A DNA stretch of 64,000 nucleotides from Octopus bimaculoides (GCF_001194135.2 NC_068984.1:116606754-116670753); one strand, 5' to 3'. Numbered from the stretch's first letter, positions 42,191-55,417 are shown. Notes: generated by a model from the letters alone, not told the origin. Translations and numbers: made by a program.

Positions 42191-43766
42191 ATTACGGCAA
42201 TTAATTGTGAAGGCACATGGCTCAGTGTTTAGAGCATTGGGCTCACAATCATGTGGTAGTAAGTTCGATTCTTGGACCGGGCTGTGTGTTGTGTTCTTGA
42301 GCAAGACACTTTATTCCATGATGCTCCAGTTCACTCACCAGTAGAAATGAGTTGCGACATCGCTGGTGCCAAGCTGTATTGGCCTTTGCCTTTCCCTTGG
42401 ATAACATCAGTGGTACGAAGAGAGGAGGCTGATATGCATGGGTGACTGCTGGTCTTCCATAAAAACAACCTTGCCTGGACTTGTGTCTCAGAGGGTAACT
42501 TTCTAGGTGCAATCCCATGGTAATTCATGAGCAAAGGTAGTCTTCACCCTTTACCTTTTACCTTTGACTGAGTAATCTGAATGCTAAAGGATTAATCCAC
42601 AGCCTAATTTAACCCTGCCATCTGATTTTTAGGTCATCTGGTTCTTAGGTGCCTTTATAACAGGGCTCATTCATGTTAAAAACATTCAGGCCAGGTCTCC
42701 AGTTGGAGGACAACTTCCTCCTTCTCTCTCTCAAGTGTCTTATGCCCTGAAAAAATAAAAGTCACAAGTGCTGCCCTTCTCTCTGACTATAAAGAAAAAA
42801 AAAAAGAATCCAAATGTTCCTAAATGCCTGGAGTAGGCAAAGAACAGAGGGATGTCAATAAATTGTGCCCTTTTCCAAAGCCAATATTTATAAGAGAACT
42901 CAGTTTTTCTATGACACAACCAGAGTAAAAGTTATAATAGTAGCAGCCAGCTTTAGGCTATAGAATTCACAGTTTGTTTTGAAATTTTAAATACAGCAAA
43001 CAATTTTTTGAAGTAAATAGTTAAAAATCTATATCAAATCTGGCAGCTGAAACTAATAACTTACCATCAACAAATTGATTGCTATTTATGATGCTATATC
43101 ACTCAATGATCTCTAACAGCAACAACAACAACAACATCAACACTTTGGCAAGGTTCTTATCTCATCTCATAAAACCAGTCAGTCGATATGGAAGCATAGA
43201 AATATAAATCAAACAGCTTTGGCCTGGAGAGCCACAGCAAGTAGAACCACCATGTTGGAACCACTCACAGATAATGCAGTGGTTTTGATCTCTGTCAGGG
43301 GTCATTGCTTCATATGGCTTTTGGTTTAATAGAAATAGCTGAATATTTGGATTTATTTAACAGAAATGAAAGCTCACTGGATCAAATATTTAGCATTCTT
43401 TTGATAATAGCCTTACCTTTTGTTTGTATGCAGATTTTATTAGCTACTCGGTCACATAGTTTCAGGTTCAGTCCTACTGTGTGGCACCTTGGGCAAGATT
43501 CTTCTACTATAGCTAGGAGTCAACCCAAACTTTGTAAGTGGAGTCAGTTGATGGAAACTGAAAGTAGGCCATCATATGTATGCATGTATGTATGTATGTA
43601 TGTATGTATGTATGTATGTATGTATGTATGTATGTATGTACGTACGTATGTATGTATGCATGCATGTGTGTATGTATGTATATTTATATATATATATATG
43701 TATGTATGTTAATAGTTATCGCCAAGCCAACATGGCAGTCCCAAAATTAGGACGAAAGCTGCCGTG

Positions 43767-44134
43767 AATTAGCTCCAAGAAGCCATCGCCTCTAGCTAGC
43801 TATGTGACACACGAAACCTGTGTCCTTTATAACCTTCGAACAGGGGAGGTCAGCAGTGTCCCCCTGCTGATTTGGCATCTGCAGACTAGTTTCAGGGTGT
43901 TGCCCCTTGTCAATGCAGAGCAGCCAAGCCCTAGCCAGGCGGCGCTGCTGACTATCTGTTCGAAAGTTATTTATCTAATTTCAGTGGAATCTATCCACTG
44001 GTTTTCAGAAACTAGTCTGCAGATGCCAAATCAGCAGGGGGACACTGCTGACCTCCCCTGTTCGAAGGTTATAAAGGACACAGGTTTCGTGTGTCACATA
44101 GCTAGCTAGAGGCGATGGCTTCTTGGAGCTAATT
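43767..44134. repeat. Perfect 127-bp inverted repeat with 114-bp spacer
   Basis: 43767-43893 is the exact reverse complement of 44008-44134. The right arm ends at an N gap. Confidence 0.9.
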
Positions 44135-44617
44135 NNNNNNNNNNNNNNNNNNNNNNNNNNNNNNNNNNNNNNNNNNNNNNNNNNNNNNNNNNNNNNNNNN
44201 NNNNNNNNNNNNNNNNNNNNNNNNNNNNNNNNNNNNNNNNNNNNNNNNNNNNNNNNNNNNNNNNNNNNNNNNNNNNNNNNNNNNNNNNNNNNNNNNNNNN
44301 NNNNNNNNNNNNNNNNNNNNNNNNNNNNNNNNNNNNNNNNNNNNNNNNNNNNNNNNNNNNNNNNNNNNNNNNNNNNNNNNNNNNNNNNNNNNNNNNNNNN
44401 NNNNNNNNNNNNNNNNNNNNNNNNNNNNNNNNNNNNNNNNNNNNNNNNNNNNNNNNNNNNNNNNNNNNNNNNNNNNNNNNNNNNNNNNNNNNNNNNNNNN
44501 NNNNNNNNNNNNNNNNNNNNNNNNNNNNNNNNNNNNNNNNNNNNNNNNNNNNNNNNNNNNNNNNNATATATATATACATATATATATATACATACACATA
44601 CACACACACACACACAC

Positions 44618-44670
<53 letters not shown>

Positions 44671-45046
44671 ATTCACCAACACTACTCCTGATGTACCTCT
44701 GCATCCCTTTTAATGTTTACTTTTCTCTATTTTTGTCTTATATTCCTTTATAATGTTCATGTACTTCTAACGTTCATTGCTTTCTTCACTTGGCTCAAAA
44801 TAACTGCTCTCTGTTCCTTCTTTTAACCTTTTCCAATAAGTTGTAGTGCACTTGAGCACTGTATACAGTAAGCTCATCATTATTAGTAATATTGTTCAAG
44901 TGCTGTGGAGTCAACTTTGCCTATCATCCTTCTAGGATCAATAAAATAAGTGTTAGTTAAGTGCTGGAGTTGATGATATCAACTTCCCCTCTCCTTAAAA
45001 AATTGCTAGTCTTGTGCCAAAATTAGAAAAAAATTATTTTTGCTGC

Positions 45047-45081
<35 letters not shown>

Positions 45082-45089
45082 TTGTTGTT

Positions 45090-45920
45090 TCAGTGAGCTG
45101 GCAGAATCATTAGTACGCTGGGCAAAATGTTTAGTGGCATTTCATCTGTCTTTACATGCTGAGTTCAAATTCTGCCATGGTTAACTTTGCCTTTCATCCT
45201 TTTGGGGTCGATAAAATAAGTATCAGTTGTGCACTGGGGTCAATTTAATCGACTTAGCTCCCCCTCCCTAAACTTGCTGGCCTCATGCCAAAATTTGAAA
45301 CCGTTATTAATATTATTTAGGTGGTGAGCAAGGTGGTGAGTTGGCAGAACCGTTAGCACACCAGGCAAAATGCTTAGTGGTATTTTATCAGTCACTATGT
45401 TCTGAGTTCAAATTCTGCCAAGATCAACTTTGCCTTTCATCCTTTCAGGATCAGTAAATCAAGTACCAGTTGAGGACTGGGGTTGATGTAATCGACTATC
45501 CTCTTCCCACAAATTTGAAGCCTTGAGCCTATAGTAGGAAGGATTATTTAGGTGGTGAGCTGGTAGAATCATTAGCATGCCAGGCAAAATGCTTAGCTGT
45601 CTTTATGTTATGAGTTCAAATTCTGTTGAGGTCAACTCTGCCTTTCATCTTTTTGGGGTCGATAGAATAACTGCCAGACAAGTACAGGAGTCAATGTACT
45701 TGACTTACTCTCCATCCCCAAAATTGCTTGTGCCAAATTTTCAAATCATTATTAATACTATTATGAAGGTGGTGTGCTGGTAGCATCGTTAGCACACCAG
45801 ACAGAATGCTTAGCGGAATTTCTTCTGGCTTTATATTCTGAGTTCAAATTCCACCAAGGTCGACTTTGCTTTTAATCCTTTCAGGATTGATGAGTTTATA
45901 AATAAGTACTAGTCAAACAC
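45090..45920 (+). mobile_element. Tandem cluster of about four family B tRNA-SINEs (GGCGGCGAGCTGGCAGAA head), CpG-decayed
   Basis: Repeated GTGAGCTGGCAGAATCATTAG...TGAGTTCAAATTCTGCC...AACTTTGCCTTTCATCC units separated by (ATT)n tails. Confidence 0.8.
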
Positions 45921-47384
45921 TGTGTTTAATGTACAGTTGTTGGAGAAATCTGATTGGTAAAGGGTTAAGGATTTCAATACAAGATGCTGAGTTTCGATAG
46001 CAGTAGTGATACAAGGGCTATTACATATTTCTTCATATTGATTACCAGAAGTTTTTGATGTCTTTTAAGTTAAGATAGGATACTAATGTGTGATGCAGGA
46101 AAGAGCCACTGCTCTTCTTTCAGTTTAAAAGTCATTGTTTTAGGCAACTTTGTATGCAGGTAAATTGCCTTCAGTAAGTTGCTTTAAAATTAGAAGTTAG
46201 TAAAACTGTAGATCACATGGAGTATCTTGCTTGTGGATAACAAAGAGTTTGTTGTGATAACATTAGCAAGTTTGTTAAAATGTTCTAAAGGAGGGTAAGT
46301 GGCTAATTAGTGGACTGTTCAATGTGTTTTTGCGATCATTTATACCCTGTTTATATTTAGCTATCAGTAACAATGAAGGAGGTGAACTGATAATTAGCTT
46401 AGTTTGAGTCAGTGTCTTGGATTCTATTAACAATTGTATAATTATCAGCCTATTTTTCCAATCATTGTCATTATACACATTCTTGTGTACATTGTACTGA
46501 GTTTTATAATAACATGTGCCATGGTGATAGCATCTTTTGGTAATGTGAATTGTGTAGTCATGACACAAGCTACCACACTAAAAGAAATTATTAGTGTCCT
46601 ATAAAAGTGAAATGATCTTTCACTGTCCACAAAATAAATTATGTAAATAAAAACATGGAGCAGTCATAGGTTCTTGCTTAAGTTTTATGTTCATAGCATT
46701 TGCTATAGACACAATTGAAAATAAAATGGTACTGTTACATAAGCATATGATATAAACCAGGTATGTGGATGATATACTCATCATAAAGAAAAGACACAGG
46801 AGAATAAACTGATATATTAAATGAAGACCTCGAAAACTACTCCACTATAAAATTCAATATTGAGAACGGCGCAAATAAAAATTGTACCAATATAATAAAA
46901 CTATTCCTAAACATAAATATTCAGATGGAAAATAGCAGTTACACCATGTCTGTTTACATCAAGGACATAAATAAATGAATATACTAAAATGGAAACAGCA
47001 AATGTTTGCATAGATACAAAGTATCAGTGCCAAAATCCCTACTTAGAAGAGTATTTGGATTTTCCACCATAAATGAAGTGCAAGATAAAGATATCAACCG
47101 ACGAAATCAAACATTAACAAATAACAGCTATTGATTCAAACTAATAGATCAGGACACAGAACAAGAGACACACATATACATCAGGCACAAAACCTAGTAA
47201 GAGTACACAAATAACACAGTGTAAGCAAATGAATCAAAAGCAGACTAACTATAGAAAGATAAACATATCAAAACTTTCATAAAATAGAACAGAAAATACA
47301 TTACACCAAACCATAACAAACACTAATAATACAATGTTTTCAGATTTTTATACAAGGCCAGCAATCTTAACCAGTTTAATATTT

Positions 47385-47960
47385 AAACTGGTCATATCCA
47401 GCTCAAATATTCTACCTGTTTTTATGTTCAAACTGGTCAGATCCAGCCCAAATATTCTACCTGTTTTTATGTTCAAACTGGTCATATCCAGCTCAAATAT
47501 TCTACCTGTTTTTATGTTCAAACTGGCCAGATCCAGCTCAAATATTCTACCTGTTTTTATGTTCAAATTGGCCAAATCCAGCTCAAATATTCTACCTGTT
47601 TTTATGTTCAAATTGGCCAAATCCAGCTCAAATATTCTACCTGTTTTTATGTTCAAACTGGTCAGATCCAGCCCAAATATTCTACCTGTTTTTATGTTCA
47701 AATTGGCCAAATCCAGCTCAAATATTCTACCTGTTTTTATGTTCAAACTGGCCAGATCCAGTTCAAATATTCTACCTGTTCTTATGTTCAAACTGGCCAG
47801 GTCCAGCCCAAATATTCTACCTGTTTTTAATGTTCAAACTGGCCAGATCCAGCCCAAATATTCTACCTGTTTTTATGTTCAAACTGGCCAGATCCAGCTC
47901 AAGTATTCTACCTGTTTTTATGTTCAAACTGGCCAGTTTCAGCCCAAATATTCTACCTGG
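47385..47960 (+). repeat. 45-bp minisatellite, about 13 copies
   Basis: Unit CAAACTGGCCAGATCCAGCTCAAATATTCTACCTGTTTTTATGTT. This explains the 255-aa and 147-aa repetitive ORFs. Confidence 0.95.
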
Positions 47961-48007
47961 TACCAAATCAGGGCATTTATTATTATTATTATAATTATAA
48001 TTATTAC

Positions 48008-48043
<36 letters not shown>

Positions 48044-48079
48044 GATTATTAATATCATTATTATTATTACTACTATCAT

Positions 48080-48460
48080 TATTGAGTTCAAATTCTGCTG
48101 AAGTTGACTTTGCCTTTCGACCTTTCAGGGTCAGTGAAATAAATACGAGTTATGCACTGGGGTTGACGTAATTGACTTGCCCCCTCCCCCAAAATTTCAG
48201 GCCTTGTGCTTATAGTAGAAAGCATTATTATTATTATTATTATTATTAACAAAATGGCAGTAAGCTGGCAGAATCATTAGCATGCCAGGCAAAATGCTCA
48301 GTGGCATTTCACCTGTCTTTATGTTCTGAGTTCAAATTCTGTTATTCATTCTTTCGGGGTCAATAAATTAAGTACCAGTGAAACACTGGGGTTGATGTAA
48401 TCGACTATTCCCCTCCCATCAAAAATTTCAGGCCTTGTGCCTATAGTAGAAAGGATTATT
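48080..48460 (+). mobile_element. Two family B SINE copies
   Basis: Same motifs as 45090-45920. Confidence 0.75.
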
Positions 48461-48566
48461 ATTATTAACAAATAATTCTTGTTCAGACCAAAGCTTCTAA
48501 AACGGATGGAAAAAATTCAAAGTGTTGTTTTGTATGATGATAGCACATCTATTATATTCACTGAGT

Positions 48567-48950
48567 GGAGGCGCAATGGCCCAGTGGTTAGGGCAGCGGA
48601 CTCGCGGTCATAGGATTGCGGTTTTGATTCCCAGACCGGGCGTTGTGAGTGTTTATTGAGTGAAAACACCTAAAGCTCCACGAGGCTCCGGCAGGGGATG
48701 GTGGTGAACCCTGCTGTACTCTTTCACCACAACTTTCTCTCACTCTTACTTCCTGTTTCTGCTGTGCCTGTAATTCAAAGGGTCAGCCTTGTCACATTCT
48801 GTGTCACACTGAATATCCCCGAGAACTATGTTAAGGGTACACGTGTCTGTGGAGTGCTCAGCCACTTGCACGTTAATTTCACGAGCAGGCTGTTCCGTTG
48901 ACCGGATTAACTGGAACCCTTGACGTCGTAAGCGATGGAGTGCCAACAAC
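48567..48950 (+). mobile_element. tRNA-derived SINE family D (~380 bp)
   Basis: tRNA-like head with A box TGGCCCAGTGG and B-box-like GGTTTTGATTCC. A second copy lies on the minus strand at 10150-10516. Confidence 0.8.
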
Positions 48951-50872
48951 CTTATATTCACTGAAGATGTGGGTTCTATTGTTATGGGCTTCCTTCCACT
49001 TTTTACAATCCGATGTTATTTTAAGCCCAATATTCTACATGCTATTAGTTATATCTTTATCCATTTCAAGTTCCACTGTTAAAAACGATATATTTCATAT
49101 CTTTTGAATCCTTATGATGTAAACACTGATAACATGCCACAGAAACACTAAAAGCAAAATCCTTTTGATAAATAACAAAAGACAAACAATTAAACTTGCC
49201 AACAAAACTGTTAATGACTGGTAGGATTTAATAAATTCAATGTAAACATGAAGTTGGGGTTTCAGAACACTAACTGACTCTGCCTGATCACACAAGTATG
49301 ATACATTCCAGCCAGTTCACTATATACATAATCAAATGTAATTATTACAATGTATGTAACCTTTGATGTGGTTGAACAACCAATCCCAGCCAGTCAGAAT
49401 TCACAGTACAAGCTGTACTATTTGTTCTTTTGATGGCTGAATATAAAATGTGGCTCCCATGAGACTTCCATTCAGGTGATTTTCCTGAGTCACTATCTCA
49501 CCTGTGTATATTGTTAATCCATCACAAGGTTACCTATTTACAGTTGAGTGGACTGCAACGAAGTGAAATGAAGTATTTTTCTCAAGAACACAATGCACAG
49601 CTGGTCTTGGAACCAAAACCATGATCTTGCGATCATGATTGCAACGCTATAACCACTGGGCCATGCACCTTTACAATGACTAACGCTATTTAATATGAGA
49701 CGAAAGTAGACAGGAAAACACGAGTGGATAAGACAACTGTACTCTGTAGAAATCTCTATAAAAGTAGACATTTTCTGATGGATGAAATATTCATAACAGA
49801 GAACAATGATAAAATAAACAGAGAGACAACATAAACCAGCCACAAACAAAAATATACACCTGAATATGATAATGTATAAATCTGATAGTCATAACTAAAA
49901 TTTCAGAGGTAATACATTTTACCAGTCACAATGGCCCGGCCTTCTATAAAGAGACAACAGCAAATGTCAACATTATTTAATCCTTAACATGTGACTACAG
50001 AAGTTTAGAAACATCCAAGAGTGATTTTTGAAATGATACAGTTCCAGTCAAAGTGCATGGAACTCGCATAAAAAAATGAAAAAAAGGGGTAAAACTTTTG
50101 TTTCCAAGACCTTCCTAAAAGATTATATATTATCATCATTTAATGTCAGTTTTCCATGCTGGAATGGGTTAGATGATTTGACAGGAGCTGGCTAGCTGAA
50201 GAGTTGCATGAGCCCCATATCTGTGTTAGCATGGTTTCTAAAGGCCATCTATCATTCTTTCTTTCACTTCCTTCCTAAAGACAAGACATGCTTTTATTTG
50301 TCTCTTCTCAAATCTCATTTTTCCAGTGTTCATAATCTTTACATCGTCTTGGCTTAACAGCCCTCAGCGTTTGTTTTTACTGTTTTGTTCTCACTGTCCT
50401 GTTTTTGTTACCACTTACACCCTCTGCAAAAAATCCCAAATTTTATTTAATTTGCTTTGTGGGAAGGGACTGTTTTAATGAAGTTGCATATTGTCCTTAC
50501 CTTTGAAATGCGGAGTAGATAAAACAAGGGACAAATGATGAAGAGAATGTTCTTTATGTTGCATCTCTTGTTTCTCTGTATTTTTCGTTGTTCAGAAAAA
50601 AGTTCATTTTTCTATGATTTTGTTTTTTATGTTTTCATTTCTCATTGTGTCTACATTTTTTTGATGTCCTGTACCCATATATGCATGTATATATACCTAT
50701 ATATATATATATATTTATATATATATGTATATATATATGTATATATACATATATATATATATGTATATATATATGTATATATACATATATATATATAGGT
50801 ATGTACATATATGTTTGTATATATGCATATATTTATATACTATTTATATTACTATATATATACATATATATA

Positions 50873-50964
<92 letters not shown>

Positions 50965-52499
50965 GAGAGAGAGGGAGAGAGAGAGAGAGGTTATGAGAGG
51001 TAATGGTGTCAATAAGACCCAAAGGTGTCAGGTAATGTTGAGTAAGTGCTATGGACTGACGATAGTTAAGCACCAGGTTCGGTGATTATGTGAATAAGGA
51101 GTCCGACGTAGATCATATATCAGCATGTGTATATATATATATATGAAAAAAAATTTTTTCAGAATGAGATAAAAATCCAAGGCTGTGAAGATTTTAGAAC
51201 ATTTATAAATAGAAGGTCTTACAGTTGTTAAAGGATATTTTTTATATCCCTTCATCGGAGATGGTGTGAGAAAATGGTTAAGCAATAGTTAATTTAGATA
51301 AGATATGAAATAGAGAGTGAAATGGAGGAATGAAAATAGATGTGAGATATGCAGGGATATTGCATTTGTAGATCCATTAATTAGGCAGAATGGTATACAT
51401 ATAAATATATATNNNNNNNNNNNNNNNNNNNNNNNNNNNNNNNNNNNNNNNTATATATATATATAATAATAATAATATTAGGGACAAAATCCAAAATTAC
51501 AGGTAAAAACTCAATTAAAATCAATTTATACAAAATTAAAATTAAATTGAGCTTTATAGATTAAAATATATATAAAATATATATATATATATATATACAT
51601 ACAATATACATAATATATATAATATACATAATATATATATATATATATACATTTATATATATATGAGATGTCAATAAAGGTGTAGAATAGATATGCATTG
51701 GATTAGTGCTCATAGCAGACCTGAGTCTTAAAATTAAATGTCTTAAACATTATTGCATTAATCAATCACTGAATGTTTGAAACAGTTGTAAATGTTTATC
51801 AAGGACTATCCTTTTTCTTTATTATCATATTTATGATTATGTGATATCTTTATAAATGTTTTTGTCTAGCTTTTCACATACACACATGCACCCCCACACA
51901 CATGCACCCCCCACACACACATGCNNNNNNNNNNNNNNNNNNNNNNNNNNNNNNNNNNNNNNNNNNNNNNNNNNNNNCCCCCACACACATGCACCCCCCC
52001 CACACACATGCACACACACACATATACATACACTTGCATGCACACACACACACACATACATACATATGTATGTATGAATGGATGGATTTTTCATAATTAT
52101 CATGATTTTACATGCATTCACTTTCTCTCTCTCTCTCTCTTTCTCTCTCCCATGCATTCTTCATATTCAAAAACCTTTCATAGCAGCACTTCATTGCCTC
52201 TTTCTCAGCAGCATCAATAAGAACAAGTGCTGTTGTCATTCCATAAAACACCTTTCAACAACATCTTGATTCCTTTTAGTATATACTGTCAAGTAATCCA
52301 GAGCGTATCCTGCCTGTGATCCGCTTATCTCAGAAAATGTGCAATCCTCTTTCAGGTCTTTTGATCTTGCCAACAGGAAATATGTCAGAGAAAAATTCAG
52401 AAGCTAGATTCAGATAATAAAGTGTAATTGATGAAAAAAAAATGAAATAAAATGGATGCACTGTTTAGAAATAATGTAATGAATTGCTATCAGTTACTC

Positions 52500-52541
52500 T
52501 ATACTGATGAAGCTCAAAAATGCTGAAACAATCAGTTTATA
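52500..52541 (+). ncRNA. Minimal type I hammerhead-ribozyme-like motif
   Basis: TATA-CTGATGA-AGC[TCAAAAAT]GCT-GAAAC[AATCA]GTT-TATA. Confidence 0.5.
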
Positions 52542-53779
52542 TATATAAAGATATGGGTATAAAAAAGTTTTGAGTTACTTGATGGAAAAAAGAATTATAA
52601 ATATTTTTTACTTGCTCACTTTCTTCCCTCCCTAACACAAAAATATGGGTACTCAATAAACTTTTATGAGAAATAAAGAGTGTAATAGTCACCATAAGAA
52701 AAGAAATCCAAACATATAATGATGGTTATGCTATGTGGAACACAAAGGGATATTGCTGTCATGAATCTACATGAGAATACCATGTGCATATGCATTCCAC
52801 TCTACTTTACAAGGCACAGACACTAGAAAATAAATCGTTGATGCCATGAGAAAGGAAGCAAAGCAAAATATTTTCTGTACCACTTGAATTTAAACATCAA
52901 AGGACTACCTTGGCCATCACTGATGAAGAAATATGAAGTAGGATTTCTATTTCTCTGTTTGTCTTTTTTTCTACCCCACTCCCCACCATCACTCTAAAAT
53001 ATGTAATTGATGAGTCAAACAAAAAATTGATATAAGATGAATACACTGTTTATAACTACTGTAATAAATTGATATCAGTTACTCTGCCAATGTTTTCCTT
53101 TTCTCTATCCCCCTTTACGAAATTTAGAATGAAGACAATATATGAAATAACTTGGGACGACTGCTTATACGTAATGTAATAAATTAACAATAATGAAGTA
53201 CAATGATGCAGAAATGGTCTGTTTATAAATATGGGTATACACTATGAAATATGAAATATAAAATAAATATAAATTTAATTGTATTGATGTAATGATTTCA
53301 GTCTTTCAAAAAGCAACTGATACATATCTTCTACACTAAATTTCACTTCCTTTCATTAAGAAATGGGTATGAAGTAAATACATTGCTGATATATATATAT
53401 ATGTAAGTCACAATATATGGACTCAACTAATTTGGTGGTACTCATAAAAGATCCCCTTGATGTATCAATCTACAAAACATATAAAACATATAGTATAATA
53501 CAAGAGGAAACCATAAGGAGTGTATACAGTTATAACACTGACCCACCAGCAGCAACACCCACATGGACGAATATATATTATGCATTATTTTTATCATTAT
53601 TTATAACTATCTGTAGTTCATATATCTAGAAAAAAAGCATACTGTAAAACATAAGAGCATTAATGTATTTTTTAGGAAGTTTTGTTTAGCAGAGAGAGAG
53701 CAAGAATCCTTAAAAACTTGCTTGAGCTGGGGACCTTTTAAACTCCAGGAAAGAGGTATTTAATTCTCTAAAACGTTTC

Positions 53780-53895
53780 CTACAACAAGCTAGGAATTCT
53801 CCATTTGTCGAAAATGCCTGTTGCAGCTTCCCTGAATACCACTACGGTTGGAGTGGTTGTAAGGAGGGATAAACCTGTCCCACCAGCGGCATCTC
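53780..53895 (-). CDS. Candidate exon (possibly terminal), frame unresolved
   Basis: GC-richer unique island in very AT-rich flanks. Strong acceptor atatttgtccttgcAG|G at 53897-53896. Frames give GDAAGGTGLSLL...WRIPSLL*, EMPLVGQVYPSLQPLQP* or RCRWWDRF...ENS*. Followed (towards 52.2 kb) by ~1.5 kb of SINE-free, UTR-like sequence. Confidence 0.3.
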
Positions 53896-54504
53896 CTGCA
53901 AGGACAAATATTTTTCGTTTACAAAACTAACTGACTGTGATGTATTTTTGCCTCCAGCAGTAGAGAGGTTATGCACCTTCAACCATATGAATCTGATGAG
54001 TCACCTATTTGGCTAAGCATTTTAAAGGCGTGAAACCAGTGGTTACTCTATGACTAGTCATAACAATTAACTCCTTAAAAACCNNNNNNNNNNNNNNNNN
54101 NNNNNNNNNNNNNNNNNNNNNNNNNNNNNNNNNNNNNNNNNNNNNNNNNNNNNNNNNNNNNNNNNNNNNNNNNNNNNNNNNNNNNNNNNNNNNNNNNNNN
54201 NNNNNNNNNNNNNNNNNNNNNNNNNNNNNNNNNNNNNNTACACATATACATATACATACACACAAACACGTGGGTGTGTGGGTGTATGTATAAATTCCTC
54301 TTGATTCACCAGTAGTAATAAAATACAGGACTCAATACAAATCTAGAGTATTCTATAGTGCATTACAATTGAAAGGCTCCAATTTTCAGTATTCAGAATT
54401 GTGTACATATGTATACATATCTAGATAGATAAAAAATATATATATGTGTGTGTGCGTGTATATATATATATAACTATTTGCATACATGGATGTATCTATG
54501 CATG

Positions 54505-55330
54505 CATAGGTGGCTCCCTAGATGTAGAAATACACCTCCACAATCAGAAAGTATCTGTAGCATTTGGGAAACTTGAAAAGAGAATCTTGGCAAATTGCAG
54601 CATCACCAACAAGACAAGGCTGAGCGTTTACAAAACTTGCATACTAATGGCTGTATTGTAGGTTTCTGAATCATGGACAGTACACTGTGGGCATTTCGAA
54701 CTGATTTGGTACTTTCATCAAAAATGTTTGAGATGTAATCAACATCAAGTGGCAAAGTGAAACGCCTGACACAGAAGTTCTTGCAAAGGCAGGATTCATA
54801 CGCATCTAGTCATTTATCATATCTTCTCAGATGCATTGGGTAGGCCATGACGTGTATAATGTATATAATAAGATTCCAAAGTAGTTGTTCTTCGGTGAGC
54901 CGTGCAGTGGAAAGTGCCCTCATACAAACTGTGAAAAAGGTACAAAGATTGCATAAAAAGGCAACCTGAAGGAACTGCTAATTGATGCAAAGTAATGGGA
55001 AGAGATAGCTTAGGAAAGAGATGAATGGTGGAAAGGTTGTGAAACTTTTGAAGAGGATTGTCTTGAGCATGAAAAGCTAAAGCATTGAATTCAGAAGGGC
55101 TGTCACTGAGAACATAACTGGAATATAAAGGGCTGGAGGTGAGAAATGTGTGGCAGCGTGCTCCATTCTAAGGTTGGGTGTGTCAAATATATAAAGTCCC
55201 ATGAAAAATCAACTGTATGCAACATCCTTTCTTGTAGACCAAATGATCGAATGTATGTTGTGTGTGAAAGGCCTTGCAAGTCGATTTTGGATTTGAAAAG
55301 ACATGGCAGTTCACAGAGATCATATCTCAC
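54505..55330 (+). mobile_element. Decayed RTE-clade LINE 3' portion
   Basis: LDVEIHLHNQKVSVAFGKLEKRILAN.SITNKTRLSVYKTCIL...ESWTV, then a C2H2-like tail (CGSVLHSKVGCVKYIKSH; CERPCKSILDLKRH). Confidence 0.8.
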
Positions 55331-55384
55331 AAAGTGACCCAATCAACTCAGTGGAAGTTACAACTTTCACCTGCCACCTATACT

Positions 55385-55417
<33 letters not shown>

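Noticed and set aside
42640-43345. Minus-strand exon-like pieces (GHKTLEREKEEVVLQLETWPECF*; LFLLNQKPYEAMTPDRDQNHCII)
   Set aside because: The splice signals are plausible, but the pieces are short and unrecognised and cannot be joined into a consistent model without RNA data.
43731-43775. Possible hammerhead (GTCC/GGAC-GAAA-GCT...AGC-TC)
   Set aside because: The CUGANGA box and stem I are missing, so it is kept only as a hairpin.
45090-45920. Regularly spaced repeats suggestive of a CRISPR-like array or tRNA cluster
   Set aside because: These are tandem tRNA-derived SINE copies in a eukaryote, with no complete cloverleaf and no unique spacers.
46120-46300. Splice-like signals on both strands (ctttcAG|TTTAAA...CAG|GTAAAT; GG|GTAAGT)
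   Set aside because: The exons would be tiny, the implied intron is ~52 bp, the strands conflict and there is no homology.
47334-48101. 255-aa and 147-aa repeat ORFs
   Set aside because: They are products of a 45-bp (multiple-of-3) minisatellite and are open on both strands.
49400-49800. Minus-strand frames GEIVTQENHLNGSLMGATFYIQP... and ENVYFYRDFYRVQLSYP
   Set aside because: They are short, flanked by SINE ends, have weak splice sites and show no recognisable similarity.
52915-52955. CTGATGA-AGAAAT...ATTTCT stem
   Set aside because: It is not followed by GAAA, so there is no hammerhead core.
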